Positions 6,147-15,003 of a stretch of 18,251 nucleotides of DNA are shown here, piece by piece. Location of the stretch: the IMG/VR virus record IMGVR_UViG_3300045988_154560. One strand, 5' to 3'. Below the pieces are notes generated by a model. That model saw only the letters and a program-made list of their open reading frames with translations. It ran no database searches and had not been told where the DNA came from. Position 1 is the first letter of the stretch, and every line of letters starts with the position of its first letter. The DNA comes from a virus. Position numbers and translations under genes: made by a program.

Positions 6147-6800
6147 TTAATATACAAATAAGAACAAGTTTTCAAGTTCTTTGAAAATCATTTCATCTAT
6201 ATTAATTAATACTGCTCTCCATTTTTCAAGGAGTTCTGCACTTGATGTTACACCTATATTACCTTGAGAAATTAGTTCATATTCTTCGGTATTGTTTGAC
6301 CTATTTGATACACTATTGTTTGCGTTAGTTGTTGAGTTATTTGTTGAATTACTATTTGACTTACTAGCAGATGTCATATACTTGTCTAAGTCATCAATTT
6401 TGTTTTGTGGAGTATCATTTGCTATTGATAAGTCATTGCTAGTAGAATTATTATTACTGTTAGATGTAGCTTGGCTATTTCCCTCTGTTACTCCATTTAA
6501 TTTTCTTACATAACTTTCTTTTAAATCTTTGTTTAACATAAAGTCTATATTCTGACATCTTATCTCTGTTTCATATAACTGCTTATACTTTGGATAAATG
6601 TCATTTAATGTGGAAATTAGATGTTGTTTAAAGATGTTAATATTGTCAAACCCTATTTCATGAAACATAAAATGCTGAAAGAATTTTTCCTCAAAGTAAG
6701 GCTTTAGTTCATTATTGTATAAATTGTAAGGTTGGTCAAATAAGTTATAACTTTTATCTCTATAAATGTAATAAAGTTGTAACGTGTATTTACTACTCAT
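6147..6800 (-). CDS. Lower collar protein (phi29 gp11-like) with an Asn/Ser-rich low-complexity insert
   Basis: The start is probably the ATG at 6800 (MSSKYT..., RBS GAGGTGGAAG), overlapping the connector stop. FFQHFMFHEIGFDNINIFKQHL...YPKYKQLYETE fits the REIGFET-type motif I recall from Picovirinae lower collar proteins. The gene order connector, lower collar, appendage matches phi29. Confidence 0.65.
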   Translation of the reverse strand: MSSKYTLQLYYIYRDKSYNLFDQPYNLYNNELKPYFEEKFFQHFMFHEIGFDNINIFKQHLISTLNDIYPKYKQLYETEIRCQNIDFMLNKDLKESYVRKLNGVTEGNSQATSNSNNNSTSNDLSIANDTPQNKIDDLDKYMTSASKSNSNSTNNSTTNANNSVSNRSNNTEEYELISQGNIGVTSSAELLEKWRAVLINIDEMIFKELENLFLFVY

Positions 6801-7653
6801 TTTCTTCCACCTCTGTTTCTTCCTCAACATAATACTTACTAATCATTTCTTTATTTGGTAATACTCTAACATTTAATCCAAACTTTTTATTAATTTGCTC
6901 ACATGCTTGTAATCTAACTTTGTACATTAACATTGCGTTTGTGTGAATAAAATCATTATTAGAATTTACTTCATCAGTTAATAATCTTTCTTTCTTTTCA
7001 AAGTTGTTATTTAAAGATAGGAAGCTTAAAATCTCTCTTTCAAGTTCATACTTGTATGAATTTAACTTGTCAGCTACATATGGAGTAGACATGGTTAAAA
7101 CCTCCAAAGGTGCTTCTCCCATTATTTCTCTATTTGCTAAAATGAAAGGCTCAAAGTTTTCAACTTTATCAAATATTAATTGTAATGACTTCTTAGTTTT
7201 TTCAGTAGCATTGATAAACCAAGGGAACTTTTGTTGATTGATGTTTGCTCTTATACACATTTCAACTTCCAACATTCTTTCCGCATAGTTAGCAATGTAG
7301 TCCCTAGTTGCTTTTGCTAAGTCATTATTTCTAATTAGCACACAGTTATCATTATTTATATATTTAATAGTTTTTACATAATTATAACCCGAAGTTATAA
7401 CTTCGGTACTTTCACCGTTAATATTCATATTAGCACCATATGAACAAGGTACTGATATTAATCCTAAATCTTTATCATCGCTGACTAAGCAAAGACCGTG
7501 TTCGTAAAGTGCGTTTTCAATATATCTACTGTCCATTGTTTCGGGTAAATTCTCCCATGTAAACATGTTTAAAGCTAACATTTTATAATAGTCATAAATT
7601 CTTCTATAATTTTTGACTTTAAATGCGTCTATCTCATGCTTATTTTTACTCAC
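6793..7653 (-). CDS. Head-tail connector / upper collar (portal) protein (phi29 gp10-like)
   Basis: GTG start 9 nt after GGAGG. FTWENLP, EKKERLLTDEVNSNND and ACEQINKKFGLNVRV match motifs I recall from phi29 gp10 (FEWENLP, EKKERMVTDEV, ACEKINELYGLNVKV). Confidence 0.9.
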   Translation of the reverse strand: MSKNKHEIDAFKVKNYRRIYDYYKMLALNMFTWENLPETMDSRYIENALYEHGLCLVSDDKDLGLISVPCSYGANMNINGESTEVITSGYNYVKTIKYINNDNCVLIRNNDLAKATRDYIANYAERMLEVEMCIRANINQQKFPWFINATEKTKKSLQLIFDKVENFEPFILANREIMGEAPLEVLTMSTPYVADKLNSYKYELEREILSFLSLNNNFEKKERLLTDEVNSNNDFIHTNAMLMYKVRLQACEQINKKFGLNVRVLPNKEMISKYYVEEETEVEENE

Positions 7654-8947
7654 TATCGTATACCTCCGTATTTCCTTGTATTTGTGCTACTGAATAATCG
7701 CCTAATGTTGCACCGTTGTCAATGTGCCATAATGTTAATCCTCTGTTAAAGATATCTTTTATTTCTTCAAGATATTCACGTGGAATTTTTTCTCCTACAA
7801 TGTTACAAGTGTTTGTTTTAATAAAGTTAAAGTATTTTCTAGAATTTACATTAATATATTTCCACTTATTAACCTTATAACCGTATTTAGTAAAATAATC
7901 ATGAATTCTATGCTTATATCTAAAATCTAAACCGAATTCTATTATATCTACTTTCCTATTACCATTTACCAAGTTAAATAACGTATCGTTACCACTTGTT
8001 TTAATAGAGTTAGGAGTATTTATTAAATCTGTTACTTTAGCATTCGCCATAGATGATATTTCAAAGTTTGATAATTTATTTCTTTCATCTAATTGACTAT
8101 TTGCTAAGTTATTAGAAAGTTTATCAAAATGTTGGTTTATACCTGCTTGTACAATACCCATTGCACCATTAGCAACTCCGAGAGCGTTACCTGTAAATAA
8201 ACTTCCTACTGCACCTATGGCATTAGCACCACCACTCATTATATTACCAATGGTACTTTTTTGAAAACTTAAATTATTAGTTGCAACACCTTGCCTTAAC
8301 GATAAATCATTTTCCATCATTGCATTAATGTTACCTTGATGAAAACTTGAAGAACTTGTTGCTAAGAATTGAGAGTATGCGCTCGAAACTACTGGTAACA
8401 TTAAAGGACTATTATTAACCATACCGTTTAAATTCCCGTTATAATCACCTTTATAACCTTCAACATAAAGATTGTATTTACTTTCTGTTGCGACATTTGT
8501 CGCTTTTACTCTTAACTTTAAAGTATGATTCTCACACAATTCGGGTTTTATAATTAAAGGGTTGTTCATATAATCGGTTACCATGAAATACCTAAACGGA
8601 AATGCGAATAATTTAGGCTCAAACGTAGCCATACCAGGGTCGCTAGTTGGAAATGCATTTATTTGTTTTAATAGTTTGTCTATTGTATCGACAAATAACA
8701 TTCTATAGCATTTAGGTATTCCACCCTTTGGAGTCCCGTACCTGTCTACGTCAAAACTACATTCGGTTATTGTACTCATATCATCAACTTCAATAAAAGG
8801 ATTATAAGTTAAACTTTGTATAGTATCTACAAACCCTAAATAGGTTGCACTACTAACTTTATTCATTGGAATACAGTAATAGTAAAGCCCTACTGGAATA
8901 TTTTCTAATATACTACTTTCTTGGTCATTACCTACTTGAATCGCCAT
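7646..8947 (-). CDS. Tail knob protein, middle and C-terminal portion (phi29 gp9-like) including a Gly/Ala-rich hydrophobic loop
   Basis: ATG at 8947 is 7 nt after AGGGGG. The C-terminus FTKYGYKVN...FNRGLTLWHIDN, and the loop IMSGGANAIGAVGSLFTGNALGVANGAMGIV, resemble the gp9 C-terminal region and its membrane-active loop as I recall them. The gp9 N-terminal domain is absent; it is found on the upstream ORF. Confidence 0.75.
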   Translation of the reverse strand: MAIQVGNDQESSILENIPVGLYYYCIPMNKVSSATYLGFVDTIQSLTYNPFIEVDDMSTITECSFDVDRYGTPKGGIPKCYRMLFVDTIDKLLKQINAFPTSDPGMATFEPKLFAFPFRYFMVTDYMNNPLIIKPELCENHTLKLRVKATNVATESKYNLYVEGYKGDYNGNLNGMVNNSPLMLPVVSSAYSQFLATSSSSFHQGNINAMMENDLSLRQGVATNNLSFQKSTIGNIMSGGANAIGAVGSLFTGNALGVANGAMGIVQAGINQHFDKLSNNLANSQLDERNKLSNFEISSMANAKVTDLINTPNSIKTSGNDTLFNLVNGNRKVDIIEFGLDFRYKHRIHDYFTKYGYKVNKWKYINVNSRKYFNFIKTNTCNIVGEKIPREYLEEIKDIFNRGLTLWHIDNGATLGDYSVAQIQGNTEVYDSE

Positions 8948-8958
8948 AAACACACCCC

Positions 8959-10506
8959 CTAATCATTTATTATTGACCTATAACGATAATCACTATTTGG
9001 CGTTCTATCATTTTCCATGATATTTGTTCCTGTTTGTTTTGCTTCTATTACATGGATTGACCCATCATCATTTTTAGAGATAAACATAACTACATGACCG
9101 TTATCTGAGTTACCTCTAATAAATACTAAATCACCCATTTTCAAGTTGTCTAATGTTGTTTCTTTACCGTCGTTAATTTGCGTATAAGTTGTACGTGATA
9201 TTTTTATCCCATTATCATTGTATGCCCATTGCATTAACCCCGAGCAATCTGTTCCACTATCTGACCCTAAAGGAGGATAATTGCCACCGAAAACATACGG
9301 TTTACCTAATAATTTTCTTGCACTTGCCACTACATTTTGTCTTAATACACTAGAACTTTCCTCTTGTCTATTATACGGAGCAGGAATGTACCCCTTACCG
9401 TCATTATCTGTTATAGTTCCACCGTTTAAATTTGGAATTGGTTTATAATTATAATCAGCATTTAAAAATACATTAGCCTCTGCTTTTCTTCTATTTCTTA
9501 AACCCTCTTCGAATTGTGTACCTGGCATAATAACTGTTGTTTTCCATACCTCTGCAATACTTTCTTTACTATCCCCATTTATATATTTAGTAAAAATTGA
9601 CTTACTTGTTAAGCTTCCTGTGTTGTAGTAAAAAGATACAAATGCATCAAATTCATTTTGTTTCATTTTATTCATGTCGTAGCCATATCTAACAAAGCTA
9701 TCGTAAACGTATTTTGAATAATTAGTATATAAGCTTTGTCCTAATACTTCTGAGGCTTGTTGCTCCGTACATACTGGGGCAAGTTGGTTATAGTGTTCGG
9801 GGTCGTATTTGCTAGTAGTCCCATACCCAATTGTATAAGTACCATCACCTAAATTGTAAGGAGTTGCAGAAAATCCCTCTGTCTGTTTAATAAACCAAAG
9901 ACCGTTACCACTAACATAACCCTCTTTATATAATGTAGTTTGGCTACTTGATGAGCCACCACCACTACCACCGTTTATCATTCCAAGTCTTGTTGATGAA
10001 GTTAAGAAATAACAACCTTTATTTGTATAATCATAAGCGTTAGTTATAGTTTGAACTTTTAACTCTCCAACTTCTAAATCCTCTGACTCTAATAAGTTAT
10101 CTAATTGAACATCTCCGTTATTATCAAAACGATAAGCATGTTCTCTCTCGATATAACTTTCCATTCTAGAAAAATTAATATCAAAGTAATAAGTTTGTAA
10201 TACATCTAGCTTTAATGTGAGCTTTGTACTATTTTCAGTTACATATTCTTTATTTATAATGAAAAAGTATTCCCATCTTTTCCCGTTGTTCCACATGCAG
10301 TAATTATAATCCATACAATCATCTATATACTTGTCAATTGTTAAACTTCTTTCTTTTCTCAAGTAAGTACAATCTGTCATTGAGTATTTAGCTTTACTCA
10401 TAAACCAGTTTATTTGGTTAGTTGAATTTTTAAAATTAACAGTATTGTTATAATTAATGTCAAGCTCGGGAATACTACAATAAAATACATTTGATATCCT
10501 TGGCAT
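8959..10506 (-). CDS. Tail protein: gp9-like N-terminal domain fused to lysozyme (GH24-like) and NlpC/P60 endopeptidase domains
   Basis: ATG at 10506 (MPRISNVFY) is 6 nt after GGGGGG; the ORF-track start at 10578 would overlap the capsid gene and its terminator. The N-terminal part (NQINWF...LDVLQTYYFDINF...IEREH) resembles the phi29 gp9 N-terminus. A GGSGGGSSSS linker follows. The lysozyme motif is IKQTEGFSATPYNLGDGTYTIGYGTT. The NlpC/P60 Cys and His motifs are GTDCSGLMQWAY and GDLVFI...GHVVMF. Confidence 0.85.
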   Translation of the reverse strand: MPRISNVFYCSIPELDINYNNTVNFKNSTNQINWFMSKAKYSMTDCTYLRKERSLTIDKYIDDCMDYNYCMWNNGKRWEYFFIINKEYVTENSTKLTLKLDVLQTYYFDINFSRMESYIEREHAYRFDNNGDVQLDNLLESEDLEVGELKVQTITNAYDYTNKGCYFLTSSTRLGMINGGSGGGSSSSQTTLYKEGYVSGNGLWFIKQTEGFSATPYNLGDGTYTIGYGTTSKYDPEHYNQLAPVCTEQQASEVLGQSLYTNYSKYVYDSFVRYGYDMNKMKQNEFDAFVSFYYNTGSLTSKSIFTKYINGDSKESIAEVWKTTVIMPGTQFEEGLRNRRKAEANVFLNADYNYKPIPNLNGGTITDNDGKGYIPAPYNRQEESSSVLRQNVVASARKLLGKPYVFGGNYPPLGSDSGTDCSGLMQWAYNDNGIKISRTTYTQINDGKETTLDNLKMGDLVFIRGNSDNGHVVMFISKNDDGSIHVIEAKQTGTNIMENDRTPNSDYRYRSIIND

Positions 10507-10522
10507 TGTTAACCCCCCTATT

Positions 10523-10550
10523 AAAATAAAAAGGGGTATAACCCCCTTTA
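10523..10550 (-). terminator. Hairpin plus U-tract immediately after the capsid gene (probably a partial terminator)
   Basis: The - strand RNA reads AAAGGGG-GUUAUA-CCCCUUU followed by UUAUUUU. It lies between the capsid stop (10556) and the RBS of the next gene. Confidence 0.6.
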
Positions 10551-10555
10551 TTAAA

Positions 10556-11605
10556 TTATTCGTTATCCTTAACAACAAATCTTACACAGTTAACGAAGTT
10601 ACAACTTGCAACGATTCCCCATCTGTTAAACCATACATTTGTGTAAAGTGCTTGAGGATTCCTAAATGTTTCTGAAGAATTTAGGGTGTCCCAAATTTGT
10701 AAGGCTTCTTTATCACAAATTATACATTGTGTTTCAGTATCTTCTGCATATGTTACTTCACCAGTACCTTGACATTTTACAAAATTGTCAATTGGTAACA
10801 CGTGTAAATTAATTTGGTCGTAACTTACGTGGAAAGCTTGTGCTAAAAGTTGAACGTCCATAACTGCAAGTAAATCTGTAGGTACGAAACATACTAAATC
10901 CTCTGGTTTTGAGTATGTCATTACACCCTGTCCATTATATTGATTTGATAAGAATCCCATTTTTAAGATATAAGATTTTATTGCGGTAACTATGCTTTGA
11001 GCTTTTTCTTTTAATGTATAAGTGTCGTATGCAGTTTTATCAATTGCTACTTCAGCTCCTTTTATGTGAGATAAAGCATGTTTAATTAATAAGAAGTCAT
11101 CATATTCAGCAGAGTTAAGTGGTGCTTGTAAAATTCTTGATGTTAATTCACTTAATCCGTTTTCTGTTCTAAATGCTCCCTTTAATTCTTCATCAGATAT
11201 AGTTGCTTGGTATTGCATTTGTTTATTCTCTGTATAATACTCAACTTTAACATTTGGGTCTTGTCTTGTTAATAAATCAGTAGCTAATTGAGTACCACTT
11301 GTTTGTCTAGTTCTGTCTTTACCTTTAACAATATCAACAAATATTGATTCTATTGATTTACCATATGGTAACATTCCCTTTTTGAACAGTTTATATGGGT
11401 TTTCATAAGACTTACTAAAAAATCTTTGTTTAGCAACTTGGTTTGTAAGAACGTTTATAAATTCATTTTTTGCAGTTGGGTACTCACTAATAATTTTCCC
11501 TACTTCGTGCATACTTTCTTTAGTTACCTCACCTATTCTGTCTTGAAATTCTTGACTCGCTGCACTCGAAAGTGCTTTCGTAAAAGTTACATTATCTAAT
11601 GCCAT
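10556..11605 (-). CDS. Major capsid protein (349 aa)
   Basis: Position between the scaffold-like gene and the tail genes (the phi29 gp8 slot), a strong RBS (GGGGGAAAT) and a downstream hairpin terminator are typical of a highly expressed capsid gene. The sequence family was not firmly recognised by eye. Confidence 0.7.
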   Translation of the reverse strand: MALDNVTFTKALSSAASQEFQDRIGEVTKESMHEVGKIISEYPTAKNEFINVLTNQVAKQRFFSKSYENPYKLFKKGMLPYGKSIESIFVDIVKGKDRTRQTSGTQLATDLLTRQDPNVKVEYYTENKQMQYQATISDEELKGAFRTENGLSELTSRILQAPLNSAEYDDFLLIKHALSHIKGAEVAIDKTAYDTYTLKEKAQSIVTAIKSYILKMGFLSNQYNGQGVMTYSKPEDLVCFVPTDLLAVMDVQLLAQAFHVSYDQINLHVLPIDNFVKCQGTGEVTYAEDTETQCIICDKEALQIWDTLNSSETFRNPQALYTNVWFNRWGIVASCNFVNCVRFVVKDNE

Positions 11606-11620
11606 AATTTTATTTCCCCC

Positions 11621-11896
11621 TTAATCAAAGTTCTTTAATATATAATCTATGTCAAATTCAGCTTCGTCTTTTTTATTAGACTTATCTGTTTTAGTTTGAC
11701 CAGTAACTGGTATTTGTTCAAATAATTCATAATTTTTTATTTTTAAACGATTTATTTCGTCATTAAGTGAAGATATATTACTTTCTTTTTCACTCATAAC
11801 TACTTTTTGATTTTCTAATAAATCAGATAAGTTTTTCTTTTCATCTTCAATTTTCTTAATATATTCTTGAGCTTCCTCAATTGTTTTGAACTCCAT
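11621..11896 (-). CDS. Putative scaffolding protein (91 aa, acidic coiled coil)
   Basis: First gene of the late operon, directly upstream of the capsid gene, with RBS AAGGAGG. Its size and E/K-rich heptad character resemble phi29 gp7. No motif-level evidence. Confidence 0.5.
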   Translation of the reverse strand: MEFKTIEEAQEYIKKIEDEKKNLSDLLENQKVVMSEKESNISSLNDEINRLKIKNYELFEQIPVTGQTKTDKSNKKDEAEFDIDYILKNFD

Positions 11897-12100
11897 GTTA
11901 TACCTCCTTTATTTTTTGAATATTATATTCTTATTAAAGCCCACCTTTAAGTGGACTTTATAAAAATACAAAAACGCAATTATTTAAATGTATATAATAG
12001 TGTTGCAAATCACAATGTTACGATTAAAGGCTCTTCACCTTTGCACTTAACCGTAAGTATTATATTTAAACTTTTAAACAACTACTCAATATATTGTATG

Positions 12101-12136
12101 AAAAATAACAAAAAAGGTTAACAAAATGTTAACCTT
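12101..12136 (-). terminator. Rho-independent terminator ending the right early operon
   Basis: The - strand RNA reads AAGGUUAAC-AUUUU-GUUAACCUU followed by UUUUGUUAUUUUU, 8 nt after the sigma-like gene stop. Confidence 0.85.
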
Positions 12137-12143
12137 ATTAGTA

Positions 12144-12833
12144 TTAGTCAAGTAACAACTCTTTTATTTCTTCCTCTAGATTATTTTCTTTAATCTTATT
12201 TCTTATATATTCTACTCTTAAATGTACAGTGGCCCTTGTAAATTTTTTACCTTGTTTTGATTTATAACCATTGTCATTTAAATACTTAGCTATTTCTGTA
12301 CAACTTTTACCCTCAGCTAATTGATACAAAATTATTCTATGAATTACATTATAGAATTGATTACCACAACTCACTATCTCATCTATTGCAGTTCTTAAAG
12401 TACCAAAGTCATACTCGTCATCTATTCCCATATATCTTCCAATCATATCTTCTTTTTCACTATCACCATTATTAGGTAGAATAAAATCTGTAGAGTAGTC
12501 AGACCCAAACTCATTAACTTTTGTTACTCTATCATTATCCCTTAATTTACAAGCTAATTCATTAAATACAACTTTAGCAACAAATGTATTTGCACCACTT
12601 TTTTCATAATCTAATTTATCCCACACTTTAGCTAATTTCATACATGCAATACTAAAACAATCGTCATAATCAAGTCTTAATCTATCAAATCCACTTCTAT
12701 ATTTAGTGTACATTAAACTTACTCTACCATGAATAAATTTTATATTCTTTTCACAATAATCATTGAAATCATCGTAAATTATTCTTTCCTTTAAATCTCC
12801 AAACTTATCTTTTCTCTTTATAACCTTACTCAT
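12144..12833 (-). CDS. Sigma-70-family-like transcription factor (229 aa)
   Basis: ATG at 12833 is 7 nt after GGGGG. A region-2-like block is DYDDCFSIACMKLAKVWDKLDYEKSGANTFVAKVVFNELACKLRD. A region-4-like helix-turn-helix block is ILYQLAEGKSCTEIAKYLN...TRATVHLRVEYIRNKIK. Assigned by motif pattern only. Confidence 0.55.
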   Translation of the reverse strand: MSKVIKRKDKFGDLKERIIYDDFNDYCEKNIKFIHGRVSLMYTKYRSGFDRLRLDYDDCFSIACMKLAKVWDKLDYEKSGANTFVAKVVFNELACKLRDNDRVTKVNEFGSDYSTDFILPNNGDSEKEDMIGRYMGIDDEYDFGTLRTAIDEIVSCGNQFYNVIHRIILYQLAEGKSCTEIAKYLNDNGYKSKQGKKFTRATVHLRVEYIRNKIKENNLEEEIKELLLD

Positions 12834-12846
12834 TTTTATACCCCCA

Positions 12847-15003
12847 TTATCTTTCAAAAAAATTATTCGCGTTAATCATATATGGTTGCTCTTGAATTAT
12901 TGTACCACCTTTTATAATTTTGGACTTCTTTGATTTTATTAGTCCTTTTATCTTTTGGGTACACTCTTTATCTTTATAATAATATATGTCATCGTCTTTA
13001 CTATAATATTTCAAACTTGCTAATTGTTTTGCTGAATACTCACACATTTCAAATACACTAATATCATCTAATTGTTTCATTATTGTATCAGTTAAACCGC
13101 AACATTTAATTTCCCACTCATGAGTTTTACTGTTCTTTTCTGCATAACGTTTTGACCCTAAGTATTTGAAGTCTTCAAAGCACATCTCATTATCCCAAAG
13201 ACCATATACCTTTTTACCAATTTCAACACCTTTTACTTCTTCAAGTGTACCGTATAAATGTAGACTATCAGTATCGCAATACATAAATCTTTCGTAATTA
13301 GCATTAATTGCTTGGACTAAATATTGTTTAGCCCAACTAGTTATAAATGTTGCCATTGGTAGATAAACCGTGTTACTTGTTACCATCTCATGAGTATGCT
13401 CGATAGTAAAAACACCACAATCATTTATAAAATTAGTTATTTCGGAAGCCCCTGCCATACCGAATTTACCGTAAAGCCCATTTTGCATTAATTTAGCGAA
13501 TGCTCTTAATGCTCCCTCATTTTGTTGTTTGATTTTAGACCAAAAGTCTATATAATTCTTAAACAAGTTATTAGTACCTCTAAATGCCATATGACCATTT
13601 AACTTGTATGCTTTTACGTGATAGCACTCAAAAAGCAAATCTAATAATACATTTGTTAAACGTAAATGGAGTGTAACCTTTTTACCATCTTTAATATTAT
13701 TTTTTAAGCATTCTCTACCACTGAAATACTTATTATCTTTTACTTGAAGGAATGCCATTTTATTCTTTTTAACCTGTAAATCATAAACAATTATATCTTG
13801 TATATATAAAGGGTAAGTTTGTTTATATTCTTCATTCATATTTTTATAAGGTGTATCTCTGTATTGTGCTTCACCATAAGGCAATAACCTTGATGTCATA
13901 ATGAAAGGGTACAATGAGTTAACATCTAAAACAACCCCATTTTTATTTTTTCTTTTACTAAACTTTTTAACATTGTTAAACTCAACTGATGAAAGGCCAC
14001 CATAGTAAGAATGTCTTTGCCATGCATCAGCAAAGTATGGTTGTTGAGGGTATAGTGCTTCAAATACTATATTACTTAAACTCTCTTGCGTATCTTGTTT
14101 TCCTACTAATTTAAAAAATTCTGTTTTCATTAACTTACTGTCAACCATATCAAAAACACATGCATCTGTAAAACTATTTTGTTTGTTTAAATAATCTTCT
14201 AAAACTGTTAATTTATAGTTAGCTAAAGCTTGACCACTATTAGTAAGTTTACTGTATCTGACTTTCTCACCATTTAAATCAATACCGTTTATCTTTAACA
14301 ACTTCACTAAATAACTTAATCCGTAAACATCTTCATAGATGTAGGTCATTTCTTCCTCTGTTAATTCTTCTTGTAAAGTTCTTTCTTTTTCATAGTCTAA
14401 ACCATCTTTACCTAACTCCAAACCAAGAAAATCAGAACAACATTTCTTTAAGCTGAAAGGAGTAAGCTTAAAAGTATCATAGAAGTTTATTTTTCCAAAA
14501 GGACTCGCTATTGTTAACTTATAAAAAACACCGTCTTTCATAACTAACCTATATTCAAATGGATTTAACTTATTATTTTTCTTATCTGTATTACTATAAT
14601 TTAAAACTTCGTAATATTTTTCAAACTCGTTCCACTGCTTTTTTGTAAAAATGTCATCTTGTTTTTGATTATTCCCATATCTTTCAACAAAGTCCAATAT
14701 AAATGGTTTAACATCATATAAACAATTATGAGCAAATAAGTTAATCTCTTTACAATCAATATTCAATAACATATCGTTAAAATTAGAAACATTATTGTAC
14801 CAGTAACAAACATCACTATCATTATCACAACTCATTAATGCTATAGAGTATGTTAACATCTCACTTTTATTATTTATTGCACATGCTTCTATATCAAATG
14901 CAAAATTTAACACATCTTTTTCATCTCCTGTTATTCTAGATTTATTTATATAATTCTTAATACCCTTATCTTTAATAGTCTTTAACCTTTCATTTAAATT
15001 CAT
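12847..15003 (-). CDS. Protein-primed family-B DNA polymerase (phi29 gp2-like)
   Basis: Exonuclease motifs: FAFDIEA, FAHNCLYDVKPF and YIYEDVYGL. Polymerase motifs: VLDVNSLYP (A), KLMQNGLYGKFG (B), YCDTDSLH (C) and GSKRYA (KxY). These closely parallel phi29 DNAP motifs DVNSLYP, KLMLNSLYGKF and YCDTDSIH. Confidence 0.95.
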   Translation of the reverse strand: MNLNERLKTIKDKGIKNYINKSRITGDEKDVLNFAFDIEACAINNKSEMLTYSIALMSCDNDSDVCYWYNNVSNFNDMLLNIDCKEINLFAHNCLYDVKPFILDFVERYGNNQKQDDIFTKKQWNEFEKYYEVLNYSNTDKKNNKLNPFEYRLVMKDGVFYKLTIASPFGKINFYDTFKLTPFSLKKCCSDFLGLELGKDGLDYEKERTLQEELTEEEMTYIYEDVYGLSYLVKLLKINGIDLNGEKVRYSKLTNSGQALANYKLTVLEDYLNKQNSFTDACVFDMVDSKLMKTEFFKLVGKQDTQESLSNIVFEALYPQQPYFADAWQRHSYYGGLSSVEFNNVKKFSKRKNKNGVVLDVNSLYPFIMTSRLLPYGEAQYRDTPYKNMNEEYKQTYPLYIQDIIVYDLQVKKNKMAFLQVKDNKYFSGRECLKNNIKDGKKVTLHLRLTNVLLDLLFECYHVKAYKLNGHMAFRGTNNLFKNYIDFWSKIKQQNEGALRAFAKLMQNGLYGKFGMAGASEITNFINDCGVFTIEHTHEMVTSNTVYLPMATFITSWAKQYLVQAINANYERFMYCDTDSLHLYGTLEEVKGVEIGKKVYGLWDNEMCFEDFKYLGSKRYAEKNSKTHEWEIKCCGLTDTIMKQLDDISVFEMCEYSAKQLASLKYYSKDDDIYYYKDKECTQKIKGLIKSKKSKIIKGGTIIQEQPYMINANNFFER

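Noticed and set aside
6292-6513. 73-aa ORF on the + strand
   Set aside because: It is the antisense reading of the Asn/Ser-rich low-complexity region of the lower collar gene, which yields a Leu/Phe-rich artefact. No RBS.
7004-7237. 77-aa ORF on the + strand
   Set aside because: It lies entirely inside the well-supported connector gene on the opposite strand. No RBS or promoter.
10507-10578. N-terminal extension of the tail/hydrolase ORF overlapping the capsid gene. Similar ORF-track extensions occur at 3828-3866, 6801-6830, 8948-8953, 12834-12857, 16134-16154, 17204-17215 and 17867-17917.
   Set aside because: In each case an internal ATG sits at the proper distance from a strong GGAGG-like or GGGGG-like RBS. 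The longer start lacks an RBS or would run through a terminator hairpin or the upstream gene.
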